DNA from: a virus
Taxonomy: Duplodnaviria; Caudoviricetes
Length of the DNA: 64,000 nucleotides
Reading direction: 5' to 3' (one strand)
Virus record (IMG/VR): IMGVR_UViG_3300020037_002952
Coordinates: 32,001-96,000 of that record
Shown one piece after another: positions 37,436 through 46,284 of this stretch. The notes beneath the pieces were generated by a model. The model did no database searches and was not told where the DNA came from. It worked only from the letters and a program-made list of their open reading frames with translations. A program made the translations under genes and the position numbers. Positions within the stretch are counted from its first letter, which is position 1; each line of letters begins with the position of its first letter.

Positions 37436-37636
37436 TCATATCTGAACGAATTTAGGCCGCCGTACAGCCTCTCTCAGAGGCTCCTGGGATAGCTGGGCGG
37501 GGGTAGGGGCGGACAGGTAGCCGAGGCGCTGAGCATGGCTCTGTGGGGCTCTGAGAGCACTGGCCACGAACGGACACGAACGATGGCTGTAAACCGAACC
37601 TGTGAGCGTTCTCAGGTTCAGAATGTCCCCAGAACG

Positions 37637-37678
37637 CAAAAAAGACCCAGAAAGCCGAAGCCTCCTGGGTCTTTTTTT
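37637..37678. terminator. Bidirectional intrinsic terminator at end of - arm
   Basis: AAAAAAGACCCAG...CTGGGTCTTTTTTT. Confidence 0.85.
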
Positions 37679-37743
37679 ACTTTACCATTCCAATCGTCCA
37701 GCGCCGTCTTTCTTCTTCAATATTAAACCATCTATTACTCATA

Positions 37744-37926
37744 TCACCTTACCGTCTTCTGGTAGTCTTTAAGGATTTCAATAAGAACTGGAATTTCTTC
37801 TCGTTCAATTTCGAAATCTTGATTGGCCGTTGCCTCGCCATGAAAATCTCTTTTTAAAACAAGGGAAATACTTTTCTCTCCTGTATGTGTGTAATTAATT
37901 GTGGATTCAAAATTAAGTTTACTCAT
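37744..37926 (-). CDS. Hypothetical protein
   Basis: Last ORF of - arm; GGAG RBS before MSKLNF. Confidence 0.6.
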   Translation of the reverse strand: MSKLNFESTINYTHTGEKSISLVLKRDFHGEATANQDFEIEREEIPVLIEILKDYQKTVR

Positions 37927-38479
37927 TTGCACTCTCCAGTGTTCGTGTATCAATTACTTTTTGCATTAGCTCTAGGTCTGATCTTGATAAACCAAACCGA
38001 GAATCTGGCCGAAATAATGCTGCCGTATTTAAATTCTCTAGAAAAAACTTATCCGAAATAGCGTCATCATCTGCCCAAATATAAAGCTCCTCTGGTTCTA
38101 TTTCATATTCAATTGTTTCTTGCTTCCAAGGTGTTTCGTGCAAGGTCCAAGGACTTCTTCTAGTCGCATCAAGGACTGGACGTCTTCCTTCTAGACCAAC
38201 CAGATCTTGAATTCTATGAAGATTATCTCCAAGTAGCCAAGTCGTTAGCCAAACAAAGTCACAATGTTCAGCAAGATCACGCACCATACTATCACGTTCA
38301 GGTGAATGACATACTGGCCAATAGTCTCTGGAAACAAAATCTGGTCCTGGCCAAAGAACCTCTTTCCAGTCATCAAATCCTGTAACACTTGTCAGCAAAT
38401 CTTTGTTAGATGTTTGATGGAACGAGTTTAAAACTCCATCAAAATCGCAGTAAATACGCATAACTAAATCGACCTTCAT
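37919..38479 (-). CDS. HAD-superfamily phosphatase (Swiss-army-knife RNA repair HAD type)
   Basis: YCDFDGVLN motif I, WLTTW, WK, WADDD. Confidence 0.85.
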   Translation of the reverse strand: MKVDLVMRIYCDFDGVLNSFHQTSNKDLLTSVTGFDDWKEVLWPGPDFVSRDYWPVCHSPERDSMVRDLAEHCDFVWLTTWLLGDNLHRIQDLVGLEGRRPVLDATRRSPWTLHETPWKQETIEYEIEPEELYIWADDDAISDKFFLENLNTAALFRPDSRFGLSRSDLELMQKVIDTRTLESANE

Positions 38480-38572
38480 TCTTTCTCTTTCTTTTTTTCT
38501 TTGGACTTCTGCTGCTGCGTCCACTCCTTCAAACCTTTAGAAAAGGTATCATAGTCTGGTTTATTTTTCCAG

Positions 38573-38980
38573 TTACTCATTTTCAAACCTCTTCTTTAGT
38601 CTTTCGTAATCTGCTCTATCTGCCTTTTCTTTGCGAGCCTTTTCTCTTTGGGTCCACTCGTCAAGTAACTTCTTATGGTTTTCGTACTTATACATCTGAT
38701 CCTCATAGATTTTCATCTGAGATTCATAGTTCTTATTTGGTACTGGCTCGTTAGAGTAAATATCTAGATCTACATCAGAGTCACCATAGCTATTTTTATA
38801 AAAATCCCACTCTAGTCGGATATTTGACCCATACTTATCGTAGATAGCCTTTAAATTAAGAGTTCCACTAGAATGTATACTAGGAAAAGAATCTAGTAGC
38901 TCTCCGCTTTGGAGTGTTTCTAGTGGCGGGCCAAGAGGCTTAGCTGGCTTAATGGGCTTCGGGTCGTTATTCTTTGTCAT
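38573..38980 (-). CDS. Hypothetical protein
   Basis: Packed ORF; C-terminal YERLKKRFE. Confidence 0.7.
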   Translation of the reverse strand: MTKNNDPKPIKPAKPLGPPLETLQSGELLDSFPSIHSSGTLNLKAIYDKYGSNIRLEWDFYKNSYGDSDVDLDIYSNEPVPNKNYESQMKIYEDQMYKYENHKKLLDEWTQREKARKEKADRADYERLKKRFENE

Positions 38981-39438
38981 GAAAGTTCTCCTAGTTTTAC
39001 TACGATTGCATCTGGAATAAAGAACTCTATAATTTCAGAGTAAACTTCCCAATCCCCCCCGCCAAGGCCACAACCCATTTGAAAAGGGACATACACTGGC
39101 AGATCCGTTTTGTTTAATTCTTCCAATTTATTAGCCCGAATCAGCGCCATAGCTACAGCCCCGTAGTTCGTAAACCTTCCAGTTCTTCCGTAACCGACCT
39201 GTCCGAAAATATTCACAATACCCAAGTAGTTATTAATGGCAGTCATGTTGTACCAGCCAAGAATTTCTTCTGGTTCCCATTTCTTGCAAAAATACTGATA
39301 TTCAGTATAGACTTGTGGATACTTTTCTCGAATTTGCTTGGCCAAACCAGAACCCATTACACCTCGACAATTAACTTGCTGAAGAATATATCCTTCTTCA
39401 ATATCTAATATATTCCCTTCAATCATTTGTAGTGTCAT
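38977..39438 (-). CDS. Macrodomain ADP-ribose processing protein (Poa1p/DarG-like)
   Basis: GNIL, QQVNCRGVMGSGLAKQIR, MGCGLGGGDW. Confidence 0.92.
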   Translation of the reverse strand: MTLQMIEGNILDIEEGYILQQVNCRGVMGSGLAKQIREKYPQVYTEYQYFCKKWEPEEILGWYNMTAINNYLGIVNIFGQVGYGRTGRFTNYGAVAMALIRANKLEELNKTDLPVYVPFQMGCGLGGGDWEVYSEIIEFFIPDAIVVKLGELS

Positions 39439-39623
39439 CCTGGACTCCTATCAACATGTTGATTTGCTATTACTCTACGCTCTTGCTCTTGTAAAGCCAA
39501 AGCTAGCGTTGCATATCCAGTCCCTAGCTGGGTAAGTGTAGGAACGCTTGCCCAATGTTGGCATGACTCGGCACGCCCAAAATAAATGACTGCCTGCTTG
39601 ATAGCTTTTTCACTTGTCATCAT
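39435..39623 (-). CDS. Hypothetical protein
   Basis: Packed ORF with overlaps. Confidence 0.55.
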   Translation of the reverse strand: MMTSEKAIKQAVIYFGRAESCQHWASVPTLTQLGTGYATLALALQEQERRVIANQHVDRSPG

Positions 39624-40029
39624 TCGACCACTCCATCCATTGTTCGGAGACTCCCGGTAGACTTGAGTCCAAAGTCTTCAACCAGCCTCCGCCAATCTTA
39701 CGCATGAGAACACCTGGACCGCCAGTTCGTTCACAAATAGTAAAAGAAAGATTCTCTGCATCTCGAATGATTCCGAAAAACTTTTTAATTTCTTCTTCCG
39801 ATAATTCTGAACCAGGAGTTGCGTAGAATCTTAAGCCACCAAACTTCTCTTTAATCTGAGCGATCTCAAAGTCAGGATCGATAACAACAAGAGCGTTGCG
39901 AAGATCCATAAGAAGATTGTCCCACCCAATATCACAACCAATAAGTGGTCGCCATTGTGTTGGGAATCTTGCACGTAAATCTTCTAGCGCTGCTTCTGTA
40001 TTGTCTATAATTTCTTTTGAATATGTCAT
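39610..40029 (-). CDS. Conserved phage hypothetical protein (QIKEKFGGLRFY family)
   Basis: GW..L, QIKEKFGGLRFY, S..ICE..G.PG motifs; GAGGA RBS. Confidence 0.75.
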   Translation of the reverse strand: MTYSKEIIDNTEAALEDLRARFPTQWRPLIGCDIGWDNLLMDLRNALVVIDPDFEIAQIKEKFGGLRFYATPGSELSEEEIKKFFGIIRDAENLSFTICERTGGPGVLMRKIGGGWLKTLDSSLPGVSEQWMEWSNDDK

Positions 40030-40199
40030 GATTCCTCTACAAGTCGGTAGGTTCGACCATCGACCCGATTTCATTTTGATAGCTTTCCATAATTGAAAGT
40101 CCTTAAATTTAGTTGTTAGTCGATATATTATATGATACTAGCCCGGCGAGAGTAGGAGCCCTATGATGTTATCATATAGAGACGAGAGAGTCAACTGAA

Positions 40200-40556
40200 A
40201 TGTTCAACTCTCATCTGGCTAGTATTGATATCTTTATTATTATCCTTAACCTAATAGGTGTAATTGGAGCTATTTATTGGAACGTCAAAGCATCTAAGGA
40301 TGGTATCTTTTCCAAAACGATGCTCAAAGTTGCTTCACTTGCTGGCGTATACCTCGTTGCATATTGTATTCTTCTTTTTTCAAATATTAACCCAGCAGAC
40401 TGGTCCTCTATTTTCAGGGGCTTAGCCGTGCTAGTATGGTGGTATGTTTGGATTTTACCAGCGAGATCCTGGTATAAACAAGCACACGGCTTAAGTAAAG
40501 AGTTAGAAAATAAAATTTATGAACGAATCGATAGCTGGGGAATTGGAGATAAATAA
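40200..40556 (+). CDS. Three-TM membrane protein, holin candidate
   Basis: Three hydrophobic segments, charged C-terminus. Confidence 0.55.
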   Translation: MFNSHLASIDIFIIILNLIGVIGAIYWNVKASKDGIFSKTMLKVASLAGVYLVAYCILLFSNINPADWSSIFRGLAVLVWWYVWILPARSWYKQAHGLSKELENKIYERIDSWGIGDK

Positions 40557-40876
40557 TGACGGTTTGGGGTCCAATCTTAGCAGCGTTGTTGGGCGGTGGT
40601 CTAGTTCAGATCATCGTCTCTTTAGCGAATAGAAAGAAAACTGACGCAGAATCTACTAACCTTATTGCCGGGGCGGCTGAACGTATTGTCGGCAGACTTG
40701 AGAATGAGGTTAAAACTCTCCGAGATGAACTTACACTCATGGCTGAAGCTCAGGCTAAACAAAATGAAGCAAGCTTACTGGAGATTTCTAAATTAAGAAA
40801 CGAAATCGTTGTCCTAAGAAAAGAAATACACCGCTTGGGTGGAGATCCAGACCAAATTCCTTATGAAGGAGTATAA
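40556..40876 (+). CDS. N-terminal TM + coiled-coil protein (lysis-cassette type)
   Basis: ILAALLGGGLVQIIVSL-ANRKK then heptads; GGAG RBS, TAATG overlap. Confidence 0.6.
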   Translation: MTVWGPILAALLGGGLVQIIVSLANRKKTDAESTNLIAGAAERIVGRLENEVKTLRDELTLMAEAQAKQNEASLLEISKLRNEIVVLRKEIHRLGGDPDQIPYEGV

Positions 40877-40878
40877 GT

Positions 40879-41280
40879 ATGTTAAAGGAACTTACTGATG
40901 TAATCACAGAATCTAGAAAGAAGTCTGACAGTATCACGAGTAGACTTAAAATTGGTTTTCACTTGGTCGTAATTGCCTTACTTTTGTTCTTGACTGTTAT
41001 GGCTTGGAACGCCTCTGTTACAACCCATAACCTTTCTGAGGTTATTAACCGTCGCTCGCCTGTTATTGAATATCTTTCATGTTATAATGCCCGAAATGCG
41101 GCTAACAATATTGCTGTGGATGAACTTGTTTTATTGTATACTACCGCAGATAAATCTGTTCCCGAAAGTGCGGATATTCAAAAGGCAGCGGACAGGCTTG
41201 TCGTAACTGGCAAAGCTCTAAAAGATGCTAACGATGCCAACTCCGACAATCCTTGTCCACATATACCAAATAGCAAGTAA
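40879..41280 (+). CDS. Single-TM membrane protein with extracytoplasmic Cys pair
   Basis: One TM segment, helical C-domain with two Cys; AAGGAG RBS. Confidence 0.6.
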   Translation: MLKELTDVITESRKKSDSITSRLKIGFHLVVIALLLFLTVMAWNASVTTHNLSEVINRRSPVIEYLSCYNARNAANNIAVDELVLLYTTADKSVPESADIQKAADRLVVTGKALKDANDANSDNPCPHIPNSK

Positions 41281-41622
41281 CTACCGACAGAGGAAAGTTT
41301 TGCCATGGAACTTGATGGCTGTATAGTCATCTCGCAGTTCATCGGCAGCTTGCTCCCAGTCGATACATCTAAACGGCCATTCTTGAGGGATCTCGTAGCA
41401 ATCTTCAGCCATTTCTTTTGTAAATGTATCAAAGTAGTAGTCGTTGATTAGATTATCGCCGTACTCCCAGTCAGAACAATACTGTTCAGCTTCTTCATTG
41501 AGCGCAATGAGAGCAATGAGGTCCTCAGAGTATTCAATTTGATTGCTTTCTAATTCTTGAAGCTCTTCAATTGAAGCTTCAAGATCTTCTTTATTGATAA
41601 AGTTGTCGTATTCAGTTATCAT
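41281..41622 (-). CDS. Acidic ArdA-like (antirestriction DNA mimic) protein
   Basis: Highly acidic; FTKEMAEDCYEIP..W...IDWEQAADEL resembles the ArdA C-terminal domain. Confidence 0.5.
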   Translation of the reverse strand: MITEYDNFINKEDLEASIEELQELESNQIEYSEDLIALIALNEEAEQYCSDWEYGDNLINDYYFDTFTKEMAEDCYEIPQEWPFRCIDWEQAADELRDDYTAIKFHGKTFLCR

Positions 41623-41624
41623 AA

Positions 41625-41789
41625 TTAATCCAATCCATTTATTTTACAGAAACGATAAGCACAAAATCCGATTAAACAGGTTTGAAAAGAGGCAATCAAC
41701 GCTGCCCAACCATTCAGAGATATGTTTATCACTAACCAAAAAAGATTAAACACTATTAGGCACAGCCATAGATACGATAAATCTTTCAT
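41625..41789 (-). CDS. Small 54-aa membrane protein
   Basis: MKDLSYLWLCLIVFNLFWLVINISLNGWAALIASFQTCLIGFCAYRF; GAGGAGG RBS. Confidence 0.6.
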   Translation of the reverse strand: MKDLSYLWLCLIVFNLFWLVINISLNGWAALIASFQTCLIGFCAYRFCKINGLD

Positions 41790-41935
41790 TCGTCCTCCTC
41801 AATGAGACGAAGAACTACAAAGCATAATCCCGCTGCAAATAGGTTTAAGGTCATAGGACCATAGGCTCCAATGGCAGCCATTAAAATGACAAACAATACG
41901 TTAAGTGTAAACATAATCCTTAAGATGATAGCCAT
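41786..41935 (-). CDS. Small hydrophobic protein
   Basis: MAIILRIMFTLNVLFVILMAAIGAYGPMTLNLFAAGLCFVVLRLIEEDE; stop overlaps next ATG. Confidence 0.5.
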   Translation of the reverse strand: MAIILRIMFTLNVLFVILMAAIGAYGPMTLNLFAAGLCFVVLRLIEEDE

Positions 41936-42288
41936 TTTGAACGCTCCTTTAAAATCACGCTAAATCTAACCAAAGCTAGCAGTGTCCAGAATACCGCTGC
42001 CAGAGCCCTATCTTCGACAATGGCATCGACGACTAGGCCAATACCAACAACTCCCCAACTGATCCAACAAATTTCATGCCATGTTGAACTCTCATCAAAG
42101 AGAAATGGCCAATACCTTCGGCACTCTTCTGCGGCCACAAAGATAAGGGCAGCAGCCATAATAGCCCAGAAAAAACCGCCGGTCATTAGACATAGGAGAG
42201 CAGAAATTGCACTTATTGGCAATGAAATTATCCAAAATCCTTGAAAGATTCTATCAAGAAACGAAATTGACTTTTTATTTTCAAACAT
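41920..42288 (-). CDS. Four-TM membrane protein
   Basis: Four hydrophobic segments. Confidence 0.7.
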   Translation of the reverse strand: MFENKKSISFLDRIFQGFWIISLPISAISALLCLMTGGFFWAIMAAALIFVAAEECRRYWPFLFDESSTWHEICWISWGVVGIGLVVDAIVEDRALAAVFWTLLALVRFSVILKERSKWLSS

Positions 42289-42291
42289 TTT

Positions 42292-42462
42292 CTACCACTC
42301 TTCCGATTCGACGATTAGCTCGCAGGCTACATACCAGCACAAAGAACCAACTATAAAGTTGAGTAAATATGTTGGATTTCCCGTTGAGCTGAGTCCAATA
42401 ACAAAGACAACATAATTAACTATAGCCCATAGAATATTTATTACAATCAAAAATTTAGTCAT
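42292..42462 (-). CDS. Small two-TM membrane protein
   Basis: MTKFLIVINILWAIVNYVVFVIGLSSTGNPTYLLNFIVGSLCWYVACELIVESEEW. Confidence 0.6.
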   Translation of the reverse strand: MTKFLIVINILWAIVNYVVFVIGLSSTGNPTYLLNFIVGSLCWYVACELIVESEEW

Positions 42463-42635
42463 ACCTCAACCACCTTGTATACAAAATTAGCCACAGCGCC
42501 ATCTGCGTTTGTGGGTGAACCTTTATATGTCGCATCACGTTGAACACATTTCAACGTAAACTTTCTACTTGGATTCTCTACCATAGCTTCTACAACTTCT
42601 GGTGAAGCATCTACAACAACATTAACATCAATCAT
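42459..42635 (-). CDS. Hypothetical 58-aa protein
   Basis: ATGA overlaps on both ends. Confidence 0.6.
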   Translation of the reverse strand: MIDVNVVVDASPEVVEAMVENPSRKFTLKCVQRDATYKGSPTNADGAVANFVYKVVEV

Positions 42636-43417
42636 AAAATCATTTCCTTATTTATAGTGAGATCATCAAGCTGATCTATCGTGCATTCTTCTGGTAACTT
42701 GTCAGTTCGCCGCATTGGCTTGGTCGGCTGGTAGACCTTACCACCTTCCATAACATAAAGCAAGGAGATCTTACAAACTTCTCCTGGCTGTAACGTGGGG
42801 CCATCTCCGGCCATAGAGGTTACTTTACTTACTGGCACAAGGACGCCGTTATCGTACATGCCTACAATGAGGTTGTTTATTTCTGTGCCACGTTCCATAA
42901 CAACGCAGTCAACATCTTTCGTAAACTTGTATTTCAAGAGACTCCCAGTTTTGCCTGGTTTCCAATGAGCATTGAGTTTTCGGAAGATTACTCCCTCGGC
43001 ATTATTTTCCTTAAACTTCTCAAAAACTTCACGCTTATTTTCTTTGTGGAAAGGAACAGCTTGAACATGTTCTGTTCCCCACGTCTTTATGACGTACCAT
43101 AAAAGCTCTTGACGCATTTCAGTACGAGCTTTTTTCATCCGTTCGCTGAGAAAATCAAACACATAAAACGTATTACCGATTAACTCTCCATCAAGGATTA
43201 CATCATTCGTAATGTACCATGGATTCTGTAAAAACAACGGGACATTACGAGGTTCACCGCTACGATTATAGCCATGTCCAATAGTAGGTCCGCCCTTTTC
43301 GCAGCGTACATCAAGAACAAACCTCTCTCCATCCATCTTCTGTTGCATTCCCCAAGCTTCTGAATCAAGATAGAAATTAGGGCTTGAAATAGTTTTAGGT
43401 AGTTGAACAAAGCTCAT
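42632..43417 (-). CDS. Minimal ATP-dependent DNA ligase
   Basis: KMDGER motif I, LDGEL, FYVFDFL, EGVIFRK, LKYKF, OB fold with RRTDK. Confidence 0.9.
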   Translation of the reverse strand: MSFVQLPKTISSPNFYLDSEAWGMQQKMDGERFVLDVRCEKGGPTIGHGYNRSGEPRNVPLFLQNPWYITNDVILDGELIGNTFYVFDFLSERMKKARTEMRQELLWYVIKTWGTEHVQAVPFHKENKREVFEKFKENNAEGVIFRKLNAHWKPGKTGSLLKYKFTKDVDCVVMERGTEINNLIVGMYDNGVLVPVSKVTSMAGDGPTLQPGEVCKISLLYVMEGGKVYQPTKPMRRTDKLPEECTIDQLDDLTINKEMIL

Positions 43418-43635
43418 AGCTGATCTGTAATCTCGCGGAAAACTTTATCGTATTCAATTTGATCAAAGTCTTCTGGTTTAATAAGGGCTCCCGGCAGTAC
43501 ATTGAGGTTAAACGATAATGTATCTTGAAGCTCGTTCAATGTCAAGTTCAAATCCTCTCCGACTTCTAAGCCTAGTTCGTCAAGGGCAGATTGGATTTGT
43601 TGTTTGAGTCTTTTCGCTGGGTCTAACGCATCCAT
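43414..43635 (-). CDS. Hypothetical acidic protein
   Basis: Packed ORF. Confidence 0.65.
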   Translation of the reverse strand: MDALDPAKRLKQQIQSALDELGLEVGEDLNLTLNELQDTLSFNLNVLPGALIKPEDFDQIEYDKVFREITDQL

Positions 43636-43814
43636 TAAGCAATCCTCGTTCCCCTGAAAGTTAAATCGTATTCAGCAGCGAACCCTTCGTAAACAGATTC
43701 AATTTGTAAATCCTCTGGACTATATTGTTCTAGCTCAATTTCTTCTAGCTCAAGGTCGGTAGGATCTGGAAGTTCTTCTAGGTCGAAACCTAAACTATAG
43801 CTCTGTTTCATCAT
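43635..43814 (-). CDS. Hypothetical 59-aa acidic protein
   Basis: MMKQSYSLGFDLEELPDPTDLELEE...; TAATG coupling to next gene. Confidence 0.5.
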   Translation of the reverse strand: MMKQSYSLGFDLEELPDPTDLELEEIELEQYSPEDLQIESVYEGFAAEYDLTFRGTRIA

Positions 43815-43939
43815 TAACTATTCCTAACGTTTGTATATTGTGGGCATGTTCCAGCCACAGATAATCTGCTTCTGTGGAATCTGGAACAACTTCTGCCTCG
43901 TCACACATTTCAATATAAAGTTTCCGTAAAACAGTCGGG

Positions 43940-44734
43940 TCAAACACTGAGGAATGCCTCTAGCTCTTTCGCCAGATCAAAATCATCTGTCTGCTCTGGC
44001 TTAGCATCCAGAAGACCCACAGAACCGCCCTGCAAGCTCACTAGACGCTCTACAACGACATCCTTGTAGGAGGATGGCTCAAACGACTCCAAAAGCTTCC
44101 TAGACGCCTTCACGGCTGTCTCACGCAATTCGGGCGCAAGTCCCGGTGTAGCAAAGTCAAACTGATTAAGATTCTCAGGATACAACTGCTTTTGAACAAT
44201 GATATGGCCCTGATACAAGCTGAGACGGAAAAGTCCCTCGTAGCTCTGAAGATTACATTCACCGATCAAAGCGATATCTCTATTCTCTTGCAGAACCGCA
44301 TTGATAAAGTCATGCCACTTCAAGTTGATCGGATCGTCAATAATCTTTTTGCCCTTTTTGATAATCGGCTGGAATACATAAGCGTTATTATCAGAAGGGA
44401 AAATATACTGTGAGATAGCATCAACACTATGAACGGTAAGATTCAAAGTATTGAGTGGGAGCTTAGACTCTTTTGCTTTCACCACATCCTCAATTGGAAC
44501 CGGCTCAAGTTCGCCATCAACAATTCTAGCCCGACCAAGATCTTCACGATCATAAATCTTGCCATTCTCATCAATGTAAACCTGTCGAACAGGCTTCGCA
44601 TCAGGAGTGCAGTATTTTAGTTCTGCTTCCTTCGGCTTAGATGCTCGGAGAGAAACGAGTCGTCCAGTTGTTGTGGCTGGACCGAGACGCATTGTAAAAT
44701 CTGAACAGTATGCTTTTGGTAGTTTTGTTTCCAT
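43940..44734 (-). CDS. ku: Ku-like DNA end-binding protein
   Basis: N-terminal beta strand, VRQVYIDENGKIYDREDLGRA bridge region, FEPSSYKD and DLAKELEAFL correspond to bacterial Ku F.P..Y.D and DLM.AL..S motifs. Confidence 0.7.
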   Translation of the reverse strand: METKLPKAYCSDFTMRLGPATTTGRLVSLRASKPKEAELKYCTPDAKPVRQVYIDENGKIYDREDLGRARIVDGELEPVPIEDVVKAKESKLPLNTLNLTVHSVDAISQYIFPSDNNAYVFQPIIKKGKKIIDDPINLKWHDFINAVLQENRDIALIGECNLQSYEGLFRLSLYQGHIIVQKQLYPENLNQFDFATPGLAPELRETAVKASRKLLESFEPSSYKDVVVERLVSLQGGSVGLLDAKPEQTDDFDLAKELEAFLSV

Positions 44735-44736
44735 AG

Positions 44737-45129
44737 TTATTTACTTTCTGGTAGGTAAATGATTGTGGCTGCTGACGCGTAACTAGAAAGAAGCTCAGTC
44801 CATGCCCGTAGGCAATATTTGTGATTTACTTTACAGGCAAGCCCTAGTTTTGTCACAAAGTATAGACTACCGTATGTACTTTTTAGAATTGCTCCAACTG
44901 GTAGTGTGTGTGTTTTTTCCCAGCGAATCGTGTCGCCGATATTGATATTGAATCCTGGCAATTCCCTAATTTCGTAAAGCCTACCATCTATTGGTTTCTT
45001 CTCATAAACAAAGCGACCATCAATAATAGAACCATTAATTGCACTATATCCACGATAGGTTACCTTAGTGTGATCTGGAAGAGTTTTTAACTCTGCATCA
45101 GTCACTAAATCTCCAACATTAATCTTCAT
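44737..45129 (-). CDS. Hypothetical protein, two-repeat 'LP..YLP' paralog family
   Basis: Shares repeat with 54289-54702 and 63498-63983. Confidence 0.7.
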   Translation of the reverse strand: MKINVGDLVTDAELKTLPDHTKVTYRGYSAINGSIIDGRFVYEKKPIDGRLYEIRELPGFNINIGDTIRWEKTHTLPVGAILKSTYGSLYFVTKLGLACKVNHKYCLRAWTELLSSYASAATIIYLPESK

Positions 45130-46057
45130 GCGTAATCTCCTCTGGTTTGGTGGCTTTCTTAAACGCTAGAAGTCCGGTTGGCATAAGCTCTCTGCCGGAC
45201 TTTGAAATCTGAACATACTCTCGCTTGACCAAGAGTTTCTCCAAGTCTTTGATAATCTCTTTGGATCGACCGGAATGATTAGCAATACTATCAAGTCCGG
45301 CACTCATCCCAAGGTTCTTCAGTGACTCAAGATATGCAATGTGATCTACAGTTAGACCGTCTTCAGTAATCTCTGTGGCTCTTAAAATTGGTTGTAGATC
45401 CATTGACTGAAGATCTCTCGCAACTTTAATGAGTGCCTTTGCCTGACGTGGCGATCCGGCAGAAGCTTTACCAATTCGTAAACATGTTTCACGAGTCGGC
45501 TCTAGCCCAACTTTGTACGCCATACGTTCGACGATCTGAGCCATCTCTTTCTCTGAATATTCTCCGAGTCTATATGGAGCACCAAACCGTCCAACAAGAG
45601 GCTTAATCAAGTCTTGTGGTTCAGTTGTGGCAGCGACGATAGTAATCGGATGTTCAAAGTAAATCTTTTTGCCGTTATCCAAAGCTATATAGTTATTTTC
45701 TAGAATGGACAGAAGGTAATGCTGGTCTTTTTTAGAAAAGTTGTGTACCTCGTCAAGAAGAACAATACCACCCTGCTCTTCTTCAATGAAGTTAAGAAGG
45801 ATATTATTGAACTTCGGAATCTTCAATCCGGGGGTAACCATCAAAGGCAAGAAAGCTAGCTGATGCTCATCTGCAATAAGGTTAGCCAAACTTGTTTTGC
45901 CTGAACCAGATTCGCCAATTAAGAGACAGTGGTCAAGCTGTTGATATCTTGACATCGCCGCCTGAATCTTCATTTGGATAAGCTCTTTAACCTTGGACTG
46001 GCCAATGTATGACTCCCAAGACTCCGGTGCGAGGCTACTATCTGTATATTCTGTCAT
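45119..46057 (-). CDS. ruvB: Holliday junction branch migration ATPase RuvB
   Basis: P..W..YIGQ, DHCLLIGESGSGKTSLA, LDEVH, AATT, PL..RFG, GSPR, GLT..D, GRE. Confidence 0.92.
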   Translation of the reverse strand: MTEYTDSSLAPESWESYIGQSKVKELIQMKIQAAMSRYQQLDHCLLIGESGSGKTSLANLIADEHQLAFLPLMVTPGLKIPKFNNILLNFIEEEQGGIVLLDEVHNFSKKDQHYLLSILENNYIALDNGKKIYFEHPITIVAATTEPQDLIKPLVGRFGAPYRLGEYSEKEMAQIVERMAYKVGLEPTRETCLRIGKASAGSPRQAKALIKVARDLQSMDLQPILRATEITEDGLTVDHIAYLESLKNLGMSAGLDSIANHSGRSKEIIKDLEKLLVKREYVQISKSGRELMPTGLLAFKKATKPEEITHED

Positions 46058-46284
46058 TCGGTTTCATCTTTCTTTTTGGAATTCTTTAGTTGGTCAAATG
46101 GCCAAACGTCATGATGTAAAAAGTGTCTGCTTGGAACTGAGGGGAGCCAATCAAGATCATTAATAATCTCCTCAACATCTCCACAGCTACACCAGATTTT
46201 TATAATGGGATCTTCCTCTGAGTCCGCCTCAGGAATAAAAAGATACTCGTATTTAAATTCGTGATGTTCTGCTACAGCACTCAT
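46054..46284 (-). CDS. Hypothetical protein
   Basis: Packed ORF with CSCG. Confidence 0.6.
   Translation of the reverse strand: MSAVAEHHEFKYEYLFIPEADSEEDPIIKIWCSCGDVEEIINDLDWLPSVPSRHFLHHDVWPFDQLKNSKKKDETE

Noticed and set aside
37436-37726. Short ORFs 37436-37639 (-) and 37535-37726 (+)
   Set aside because: They run through terminators, lack an RBS and have atypical composition; more likely non-coding.
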